Shown: one piece after another, positions 48,901-60,900 of the stretch
Layout: each line of letters starts with the position of its first letter
Numbering within the stretch: position 1 is the stretch's first letter
Assembly (NCBI RefSeq): GCF_040938485.1
Contig: NW_027271179.1
Coordinates: forward strand, 124,001 to 188,000
Reading direction: 5' to 3'
From: Diadema antillarum
Lineage: Eukaryota
Length of the DNA stretch: 64,000 nt
The notes under the pieces: model-generated
Seen by the model: only the letters and a program-made list of their open reading frames with translations
What the model was told of the DNA's origin: nothing
The model's database searches: none
Position numbers and translations under genes: made by a program

Positions 48901-51900
48901 GACTCAAGATTGTACTGCACTATCACATGGGCATTGCCCTTTCATGTTCCTTATTTGTTACCTGAATTGTTTCGCAAGAAATGATATCTGTATTTCGTTT
49001 GTGTTGCAGTTCTAATATCAAATGTTCCAAACAATTCATTGAAGGAAAGGAGTATGTTGTTTGTCTATCTGTCTGTGCTCACGTATATTTACTGTAGAAT
49101 ATGTTTTATTTGTGAGTTTGTCTGTTGTACCAGTAGATACCCATTTTTGTTTGTTTTTAACTGCTCCATTCCCTGAAAAAAATTACTGGACCATCAGAGA
49201 TTCTTACTGGTCCTCGATTGTCGACCAGTGCCAGTGTGCAGTGCTGCAAGTGTATATATAAAATAAACAAAGACAGAGGCTTCTTCTTCAACAACACTTG
49301 ATAGCTCATGTGCTACTGAACATGTTATCCTTATTGCAAAGAAGAAAAGAGAGGGAAAAAAACATGTTAGCTAGAGAGGCAGTGTTTTACCTGGTTTCCA
49401 TGGTGCATATGGAAACAGTACTCCCTTTAAAGACTGACAAATTTCGATTGTACCTCTGTGAAATTCTCTCCCTTCTAGGAGTCTAGGCATCTCCTGCATG
49501 GCTTTGTGGAATGCCTGGAGGTTGAGGATCTGGAGGAAGTGGACCAAGGAGGCTTCCAGGATGAAGAGATTGGTAGGTAATGGTTCCTACATCTAATCTG
49601 TCACTGTTTTGTTGATGTTTTTGCAATATTTATGCTTGTAGGGGTCTGCCATGTGGTTCAATGACATTTGCTCCTGAAGCAATTGTTCCCATGAAATATC
49701 TGCATGCTAAGCCAAACATAAATTCTATCCACAAACATAATCCTAACCCTAATCCTAATCCTTACCCTAACCCTAAGTTCTTAGAGATAATAAGACTGGA
49801 GCTATTGTCACAGGAGCAAATGTTGTGTCACCCTGCCCTGAACTGGTACAGGATATGTTATATTCTCCTCGTCTATTTATCTGTCTGAGCTGTCTATCCA
49901 TTCCGTTGATGTGTGCCCCAAACTCTTTGCTTGTTGTTTTTCTCAACATTCTTTGTTATGGTATTGGTAACATAAGGCTATCCATTGTATTCTAGCTTGT
50001 TGCATGCTGGACATAAGCTCCAATCAAAATGTCAGTAATTGGAGGGGTTTGGTTGTGTAAAGAAGTGTGTGAAATAAATGTTCATTTTCATTTGAATGTT
50101 ATTGTATACTTGAGAATGAGAATACCATCGCATGAAGTCATAGAAACACTGAAATCATTTCCTCAATGTGGTCGCTGTGAAAGTATGGATTTTTTTTTTT
50201 AATGGAGACAAGATATGATTAAAAGGTAGTTCATTAAGTATTTGAATCTAGATATTGGGCATATATATCCTCAAGAGCAAAGATGTGTGTAATGACAAAT
50301 TCATCATCTTTCCTTTCCAGATGATGGATCAGACGAAAACAGCCGAATTCACAGCCAGACCCGTCTCTACGTGATGCGACTGCTGCTGTTCTCCCTCTCT
50401 CAGACGGGACCCAATCTGGCCCACTACCTCCTGGGATTCAACCTCAGGAAACCTGTCAGCAAGACTGAGCTGCAGGATCCAGGTATGTATATTGTTCATC
50501 CACGTGCCTTGTTCCACACCTTATTTGTGTATGCTTTCATGCTGATGTGGCATGTCCTTGGGGAAACAGAAGAAGAGATGTTACAGTGGAATTCAAGTAG
50601 ACTCATGCTTTACAAGTTACTGTCCTTTATTCACCAATATCTTTACCCTTTTACATGCTTTATTTACAAGTTTGCATGGTTGTTTTGAAACTAATTTTCA
50701 GTGGATACCAATGATATTCCTCTTAGCCTTTTCCTATGTTTGTCACCTTTTTGTAAGACCTTCACATTGGTAGTTGTTGGTAGGTTTTTGTAATTGAAAG
50801 AAAGGTACTGTATATGCCATATATTTAGCGAGTCTAAATTTTCGCGGGACGAGACCTCCCGACGATTTCGCAAGTGGTTAAATTGGCGATCGTGGAGTCC
50901 TGTACTGAACGGAGCAATGTTTACACGTGCGTCACATTCATATCGGGATCAGAGTCAATATTTTCGCGCGTCTTAAATTTCGCGAATAGCAGCTGACTCG
51001 CGAAATTCGCGAAAGTAAAAACCTCACGTAATATTCGGCGTATACAGTAAATGAGGGGATGGGGTAAGTAAATGCATAGCAAGTTAGGTGGATACATGAA
51101 GGATTTGCAATTCAATGATTTTGAACATCACGTTGACCATTATGGAATTGTGGTATTTCGTGATTTATGTGTGATCAGAGATAGTTAAGAAACCTTTGTA
51201 GTCTTTTGACTGCTGGAGGTCCCAGCGTGATGCCAGAGTGACAGCGAATGCATTCTTGATCCAAACAGGCGTGCTTGGTTCACCCCGCACCTGTCTTCAC
51301 TCCGTCCTGGCTGTCTTGGAGCGAGGTCTCACCATGCGCACCGGTCCCTCAGCCATCCACAACACCCCCCAACTCGCTGAGCTGGCGTACGAACTCATCT
51401 ACAGACTGTGCGCCAACCGAGAAACCAGTGCGCCTGTGATGAGATATCTCAGAACCACCCAAGATTTCTTCTTCAAACACCTCCGACATGCTCCATTTGT
51501 GAATAGGCCAGGAGGTGAGGATCTATCAAAATCGAGTAAAGTGCTTCCCAGTTGCATTCCGTATATCATTTTCTTGTGACTAAGAAAAAGAAGGAAGAGA
51601 AGGTATCTAATGAAAAGTTGAAAGGTACTTTGGGTTTAATGCATGAAACAAACACCTGTGCAATCTTAATTATGTGTGAAGGCAAGTTAATGTTTGGCAA
51701 TGCTGGATTTCCTATGAGAAATTTGTCTTTCACAGGGCCTGGAGGAAAAGCACTCCCGACAAATCCTGCTCTAGAGACCAAACAAGCTGCTGTTTCTCGT
51801 TCAGTTAAGAGCTGTTCAGATATATACAATTGTATCTAACAAGCCTTTTCATATTACACACACACACACACACACAAAAGTCTCTTTCAAATATAAGTTG

Positions 51901-54900
51901 AGAGCACACCCTGACTCTCATTAAAGCTGCCTCCTTTACCATGCTCAAGCAGTAACAAAAGATTTGATACTTCCATTTTGTTGTTTGTTCTCGCTCTGCC
52001 AGAAAACACTGATGAGCGACTCCTCCTCAACCAGGAGGCGTGGCTGCTGAAAGCTGTTGCCATAGAGCTGAGACTGACCACGGTCAATCGTCAACGTTCC
52101 CACAGCCAGCGGCTACTAAGGCTCCTTTTGGAGGACACACCAGCTGTGGTCAATGATGACGGTATGACGGTCCATCGTTACCCCATTCAGGCTTACAAAG
52201 TCAATGCTTCTCCGGCGCTTTTCTGCTTCCAAACTGGCCTTGTGAATACTCTCAAGGTTTTGAGTCTCCAACCATTTAAAGAACTCCAGTGAAGTTGCTC
52301 ATTTCATGTTAAAGTGTTTTCACCATTATTGTGCCTCAGCCATGAAGTGTTGCCATTGACATTATTTTAATGACCTTTCAATGTGTAGTGGCCAGTAATG
52401 TACAATGGCTATTCTTGGGAGTCATTATGAAAGTACAGGAAAACCTTAGGTTGGCAAGCAGTGAACAAATGGCCTCTGATTACAATTAGTGCACTCAGGG
52501 ATGAAAAATGAAAGTCATTTTCTAACCATAGTTTGAAGCAGAAAAGAAAAGAAAACCTACAGAATTTCCGGATCATACTTATTCATATGACACAGATACA
52601 AATCTCCACAGACATCACCTACAAGTATGCTTTAGAACTGTGTCAGGATTAATATTTTTAGACTTTATCCATACTGTTCAGTTAGTGAAGCATTTATTAT
52701 GAATGGTGTTTCAGAATTTTGATTTGCATTTGATGGTAAATATGTCGAGTCAGACATAGCAGTAGAGCAGTAATTGTCACTGTAATGCCATCATTGTGAC
52801 TATATTGTGCCAGATTAGTGTGGTATTACTTTTGGCCAAGTAGGTATTTGGTTGATATGAATTATAACTGGGCCTTATGCAGTGGTCAGTAAATTCCCAG
52901 ACATCACCAAATTTTAGCTATCATGCTGTTGCTAGCACTGACAGTTGTGAGCAAAGAGCTTGAGGAACGAAGTGAAGCACTTTAGGGTGAGGACATTTTG
53001 AGATTTTTTTGTCATTAGTCACGATTAAGAGAGAGCCTAACCTGCCCACCACTCCTACTGACTAATCCAGTTAGTCACTTTGACCAATGGCATTGCACAA
53101 TTCGCCCGTTGGCCATCAGTGTTTAACTTCTATTCCTGCAGCTTCTTGGGACAACACTGTTGAGTAGTCGTGATTTTTGCTACCAACTGGCTGTAGTGAA
53201 ATTCAGTAATTCAAGGGCGAAAGTTACAAATGTCAAACAGATCTTGAGAGGCCCTCGAGCTGGGTCTTGACTAGTCTTGTGTAAAGACCTTCTGCTTGCT
53301 CCTCATGCAATCAGTAGAATAAGAGTATTTTTGACAAAGACTGCTCTCCACTCAGCTTAAAAGTTTGATTGGCCTGCTAGAGGGATTTTGCCATTGCTAC
53401 TGACAAGTAGTTAAGTGACAGTGTGGGGGTTTGCCATCATGCTCTGTTTATGAAGGTGAAGCCATGAAAGGCGCACAGTGTGAATGGACCTGACGCTTGA
53501 CATTTGTTCCATCTGGTTTTGTTACAATGATCAGGAGATGTGTCAGTAGAGGGCGACAGACTTGGGGAAACAACGTTTGCAGAGGAGGCTAGTGCCCTGG
53601 GTTCAACCTTGCTGCATTCACAGAATGAAGCAGGAATCACAAGTAAGATAATATCAGATCTATCTGTCTTGCACATCACGACTCATCATACCTTTTAATG
53701 TGTCCTGCTCATCTGTAGATACCATTTGCTATTCCTGGTTGTCCTGCATGTGACATGGCTTTGCATAAATCAGAGTAACCTATTACATGTTTGGATGTGG
53801 ACACTGGTCACTCTGTTTTGTTAAGAATGGAAATATGGTAACATTACTCTGTAACTTTGTGAGGTCTTCATGAGGCTTAGATTAAGTTTTTACTTTGTTT
53901 TGCCCATTGTGTCATGGTGCAGTGGGGAAGAAGCACTGAAGATCCATATCCACATAGAGAGTTATCCAACTTTCTAATCTCTCATTCCTAGGAATACAGG
54001 GAATTGGTTAATTTGTTACACTCTCCTCAGTCGCTGTACTGAGTAACAGTTTTACAAGAAGGAAACAATCAGCTGGCTTTCATCCTTACTTGTGATGCAC
54101 TGTCTGACATTGGTCAGCTCCCTGACATAAGCTTCTTGTCCCCCCCCCCCTTTATGTTCAGTTGTCCAGATGAGGCGCAAGATCCTCCAGCTGCTAGACT
54201 CCGTCCACTTCTCCCAAGAGGTGCCAGCCCCGCTTCGCCTGGACACCTTTGAGCCAGCGGGCGTGGAGGAGACCATCGTCCACTGCCAGCAGAAAAACGA
54301 GTACGGGGTGGTGCTCTGCAACCTCCGCCTCCTACACTCCATCCTCATGGACCAGCTCAATCGGCACGGCAGCTCGGGATCGGTTGTGGGCCAAAGGTCA
54401 AGGGTCGAGCAGGTATTGACACTTTTATGAAGGATGCTTTGACTGGAATATGTTTCATTAATGACTTGCTGATCATAATGGTTGCCTGCTGTGCTTGTAA
54501 TATGCTGCTTGGTGCTTTAAATGAATTGTAGTTTGCAAGTTTAATACAAATATGATTTTCTAATGTATTCATTTTCCTTTCTCCAGCTTTGACCAGATTC
54601 AATGGAATTCAATTTTTTTTTTTTATGAATATGACAGGGAAGACTTGTGATGAACCAGGTTGTCTCGCATTTCAAGATTGATCAAGATTTAGAAGGGGAA
54701 AATTTTATCTAAATCTGAGTACACACAGTCATGAAAATACCTGGGTGGACTTGTTTTGGTCCCACACGGATGCTCTGTAAGTTCAGTGGTGTTTACTGCC
54801 TACCTTCATGTAGGAAATCCGTGAAATTCTGCGAACTGTTGTGACGAGGAACAGCGTGCGTCAAGTGATGGCGGCCAAACGTCACGCCTTTGATGCCTGG

Positions 54901-57900
54901 AGGCAAGTCCTTGAGGTTCTGCTGACGTCCTCCCCTCAGGAATCGTTGCCCCTGGAAACGAGACAGAAAGTCACTGTAGAGCTTCTCCAAGAGCTCCTGG
55001 CAAAGGTTAGTAGTGACCCAAGAAGAAGCAGATAGGCAATTGCACAGTAATCTTGAAGGCTATACTTATTGTAAGAGGATTTTACAAGTGATAGAGCTTC
55101 CTCTGCTACAATTGGGATATGTTTATTGTTTATTACCTCCGCCAAGGGTAGAAGTTATGTTTTCGTTGGCGTTGGTTTGTTTGTGTGTCTGTTTGTCTGT
55201 GTGCCAAATAACTCAAAAAGTTGTGAACAGATTTGGATGAAACTTACATAAAAGGTTTAGAATGGCACAAGGAAGGAATGATTAAATTTTGTTAGTGATT
55301 GGGAATTTTTTATGAGTTTTGTGAAGAATTTTCGATATTTTGGCAGGTAGGGTCACTGAACTTGAGAGTTCAAGCTGCACATTTTTTGAGGTTTCCATAC
55401 GTGCACCAAAGCGCCTGCTCTAGTTTCTACTAGGGTGAGGCACGCTACACAGCTGGAATTTGATAACGTAACAGAAGTGCTCTATATTGGGAAATCAGGT
55501 GATTTTTCAGCACGCATATGTATGGGTAGGAATCACCGATCTCTATGGAACAACAAGATCAGCAGTGGAAATGAGCTGCTTGACTTCGTTGGAAAGGGTT
55601 TCATTGTAAATGTAAAGTAGGCCACAATATTTGTAATGTTTCTGGAGTTGGATTTACTCTGTGGTATTATTGATCAACTTCACTTGTAGATACTAATGTG
55701 TTACTCCCATATCAAAGGGAAAAAAAATAACAGAAATAATTGAACTCGAATCACTGAGCACATATAACCTGCATCAAAATATTGCGGGTAGTACCCTTTA
55801 GTTTGTTAGACAACTCAACTCAACCTGGTCACTAGATTTAACAAGTAAAAAAACATAGAGGGAACAGTTTCATGATGCCAAAGCACTTCTACTGGCCTGA
55901 GGACTTTGACAGTGGTTGGATAAAGGGGCAATGCTAATACCTCTATTGCTGAGGTATTGCATGTTACACAGGGCTCAACACTAACTTTTCTCTCCAATGG
56001 CCTGTTCAGGCCACTAAAATCTTTGAATTTGACATTTTGGTGTCCCCAAAAAAGAAATGTAATAGCTGGAAATGAAAGAAACACCTAAAACATTCATTTT
56101 GAATTTCAGCTTCTTGATCAAGCCACCAAAAGATATCCTTCTTTAATAAAAATTTGGTGGCCTGACAAAAAATTTTAGTGGCCCTGGGGCATCGGGCCAC
56201 TGCTTATGTTGAGCCCTGCATTACATCACCCTGTCACTCAATAATTTCCCTGGCTGTCACTCATAGCTGAAGGAATAAGCCAGGTGAGGGTTATGATAAC
56301 TTTCAATGACCGTAGGCAGGCTCATACGAGTTACAGATAATTGACCTCTGACATTACTCATACAGGTGAACGATGAGGACTCTGTGGCTGAACTGACCTC
56401 CCAGGCTGCCGGCGCCTTCCTCCTACTGACCATGACCCTACGTCAGTGCACTCTGTCCGACCAATCGCAATCGGTCTCCAGTCTGATGTCATCGCAGTAC
56501 GTCCGTGTGCTGGACGGCTCCATGATTCAGACGTGGGCGAGTGATGCCTCGTCGGTCCAGGGAGGAAGCGGTGTCAAGATTCCTGTCGTTTCTCTTACGG
56601 CCATCTTGAAAGAACTCATCGCCTTCATTTTGTCAACCAGTAATATTCTCTCTTCATTCTTTTCTTTTTAGTGGTGTTAGGCTGTCTGCTATCAACCTTC
56701 AGTAATCATAAAGTGATGAAGTATATTTTGCAAAAGTCAAGCTTAGCTGTCATGAGCAATTTCTTAAAATGTGTAATTTCTTGAAGGCATCACTTATAAA
56801 TCTGTAGTTCCATTCTGTATGCACTCTTGAAGAAATTAGTGGTAGAGCAAGGGAAATGCATGATTAAGACAGTCTTGGGTCCACTACATTTTCTTGCTGC
56901 AGACTAATATATTCAAAATATCAGTTTATCCTCTTTTTAGAATAAGCATGTATTTGCGCACTGTTTTAACTATTGTGATACTATTAAAGCCATAGAGTAG
57001 TCTCCAAACATGTTTAAGATCTGTACGTCCACTTTGATTTTTGTCATAGTATCCATGTATGCAAATTAGCTGAGATTTTTCTTATGAAACTTTAAGCACG
57101 CACCTGTTAATGATGTCTCTTGTGTGGTTCAGGTGGGGTGCAGCAGCGAGTGCGGACCAACCTGTACGGCTCCCTGCTGAACTACCTCCAGATCCCTCAG
57201 AGGCCCAGGGAAATCCCCACCCTGCAGGGGGCCCCCGCCCTCAACTCCGCGCTCCTCGAGGAGTACGAGAGGGTGACCTCGGCCAACATGGCCGTCATTC
57301 AGGAGTTTGGCGAGGCTTTCTGTGACCTGGTGTGCAGGGATGCGTGTGATGGCCATGAGCTTGGCAGGGTAGGATGCTATTATTGCATGTATAATTGTGT
57401 GTCTGTGTGTGTGTGTCTGTCTCACATGATATTTAAACCCATGTATGTCTGAGCTCTTAGCTGTAGCTATGCTATTTTTTTCTTTCACTATCAAGTTGAA
57501 TTATAAAAAAAGAGCAAAAACAAGACCAAAAAAAAACGTTGCTGTTGTATAAGTTACATTAACCCACTGAAGAGGTTACAGTGCGCCAGACCTACACAAA
57601 AGCTACTTTGGAATGATAGGAATGCGAGGATTACCTTAAATCCTTCCTAAATATCAATCAGTTGTGGCAACATACCATGTATATAAGCTCATCTGCAAGT
57701 ATGAATGTGAAAATCAGTGAACAGAGGGCAGAAAGGATGGAGCAAGATTCCCACATATCACAAATCAAAATACTTACGGAGATGTCAGAGCCTAAAATTG
57801 TCAGAGATGTGATTAGAATATGAGTTTCATGAACTTGTCTGCATGAATGTTTGTAAGCTATCTATCAACTTTTGTAATGAAATGTTGTTCTACATGCATT

Positions 57901-60900
57901 TAGTTTGTATAAGAGTGGTCACAGTGTCCAAATGATTTCAACTACGTTGTAGTACATTTCCAAACAACTCACAGTTTAGTATGAGCTTAACAACCATTTG
58001 AGATATAGATCAGAGCTGCCAAAGCTTTTACATTACTTGATGTTCCTACTCACCCATTGCCCGATGATATTCCAGACTTTGGCCCTCTCTGTGATTGATG
58101 CTGTTAACACCATTGACCACCGGGGTCATTGGCTGACCTTCCTGGCTGCCAAGGGGTACCTGAGGAATTTTGTGGAGGGCCTCCTACACATGGATGCCGC
58201 CCTCCAGCAGTGCTTGCAGCCAACCCCTGAACCCATGAAGGCCCTCTACATCTATGAGTCTACCATGGTGAGTGTGTATGCCATATCTACTCAGATGCAG
58301 TGGAAGAATGTGATTCTGGTGCATGGATTATCTGTTTTAAAGACAGTGCAGATATGGTTTTACTTTTTATTAGACTTCCTTCACTTGTGGTCAAGCTAGC
58401 TACACAAGTATGTGGTGGTAGCTGTGAAACTATGATCGGATACATTGTACATTCCCATTCCGGATATCAAGTTCATACATATAGCAGACAGGACACCCTT
58501 ACTTTTCGATTGTTTGTTTGTTCGTGTATTTGCTTGTTTGTTTGCTTGTTTGTTTCCATTCTCTCTGCCTTTCTTTAAATTTTCCAAAGTCAAAGGAGTG
58601 CCTCAAGTGTCCTGTAGGATGGCATTTAAAATGGCATTGACATTTTGTTTGGTTCTTTCCTAGTCACTTCTGACAAGGGTAGCAGAGAGTGTGTCAGGAG
58701 CCCAAGCCCTTCTACAAATGGGTCTGATGGCGAGACTAGCCCAGTGCAGGTTCCTTGACCTTCGACCTGATCAAAGCAGGTAAGTGCTGTGTGACCTCAT
58801 GCAACTGTTTCCGAACCTCCTGTCATGAAAGGTATTGCAAGGAACTCTGGACATAAGTGATCTTGGGTAACTTTTAAGGACAACACATGTTATTGTATAA
58901 AGAACGAATTATTGATTTGAACTTCCAGTGCTTGCAAAAAGAGGGATGGGATTTAGTTTGTGCTAAGTCATGACAAATCAAGGTTTACCTTTTTACCTGA
59001 ACATTGGTATTAGCACTTTACTTGAACATTGCAACAGTGACATTATCAGTGCATTGAATAGTGTCATATTGATATAGTTAGGGTGGAGAAGCTTCAAATG
59101 TGTTGGGGAAATCTCTATCTAGAGGTGTATGATACATCTAGTAGAAGCAGCATTGGTGGGAGTGTATGTTTTACCATGTGCTGAGTGCTTCACTCGCTGT
59201 ATTAATGACTATATGGTTTCCTTCAATGATATCCTTCCGTTGTCCCTTTTTAGTTTATTATTTTCATCTGTTCTGCATCTGATCATCAGAATTTCTTTAA
59301 TATGAGAATGTAAAAAAAATACTCAAATTACTTTTACTGGCATGGGGCTATTGTGCAATTACCTCAGTGAAAATCACCTGTTCAAGAACACTTTGCTTTC
59401 CACAGAAACAGAATGTCAGTCAGATATCTTACTACTGCATTTCTCTCCCTTGTCATGCACGTGTGCAAATAAAGGCTTAAATTCACCAGTCCTAAACATT
59501 TCTATCCATTTCAGTAATTTGAAAGTCACAATAATCGCATAACGATCTCATCTATCTAAACCTTTGGTATTTTGTAGATGAAGCCACTCTCCTTGCTAGA
59601 ACCAACATTGAAAGTCTCTGCTTTTGTTTCCGATCATTACAATTGCAACAAAAAAATCATTATGAAGTGATTACAGATGGAGCCTAACTTTAAGCATAAG
59701 AATATAACTTTGTTATAGTGATTAGACATGTTTCAATGACACCTTTTTTGGCCTGCAGTCATCCCATCATGACAGATGGTATTGAAGCTGTCTCTGTCGA
59801 TTCCTTCTTGCCCGATGTGATGAGTCGCTATCGGCAACTCCTCTTCCCTGTTCTCCGGCTCAGCATGGCAATTCTCACCTCCCTAGGCTGTCAGCACAAG
59901 GAGGCAACCAGTCAGGTGAGTCTCTTCAATGGCTTGACTGCCTAGTGAAGCAAAAATTGATGTCTGCAAAACCGATAAGTATGAATGTTTCAGTACAAAG
60001 TGAGAGGTATGTTCTTGTTCCTTGCTGTGATCTGGAAAAAGTCTCAAATTCACAAAGGTGATACACATGTACTAGTATATGGGCAGCAGCCCTTCAGGAG
60101 AAATGGTCTGAAATGACATGATAGGCTATGCACAGTTACAATCACAGTCTGAAATCACGATCTCTTGTAGCCACAATAATGAAAGACCTTGATATACTGT
60201 ACGTGGTAGTCTCATCACAAAGGGTCTCCCCCTCAGCATTCCCTTCAAACTTCAATATGTTTGTGAAAGATAAATATTATTGTAGTATCCTAGTGTCATG
60301 CAGATGCCAGTGAATAATTTCAGTCAATGAAATAAATCTGTTGAAATACAGAGACGAATGAAATATTGAAGTAGGTTTCTGTGCATTGGCATGATATGTG
60401 AGTTCTATTTGTTTGATTGATATGTGAGTTATTTTGTGAGATTGATATGTCAGTTACATTTGCGAGATTGATATGTGAGTTATATTTGTGAGATGAACAT
60501 GTATCATCAGTTTAAGTATGTCTGCTTACCTTGCAATAGGTTCTCCACTTCATCGTCTCTCACTCCGACACATTCACACTCATTCTGAGGGAACAGCACC
60601 AGCGCCCTCACAAGGAATCACTGGAAGAGTTGGCACTGGTGACGGGGGTTGTGTGCTCCGTAATGGGAGAAGGTAAAGTACTGTACATGGATGGGCATTA
60701 CGATTGCTTACCAAATTAAAATCTGTTGCTCAGGAGAGTGATGTTGGTAACCACAAGATTGTAGACTCTTGGCCTCGTCCATCCCCTGACTGCTTCTTAC
60801 AAAGATCAAAATTGTCTGCATTTACGTTTGAATCTACTCGTAAAACAATCAGAAGCGTAAGCATACAATATGTGACATTTTGTACACAGTATGTTTAGTG

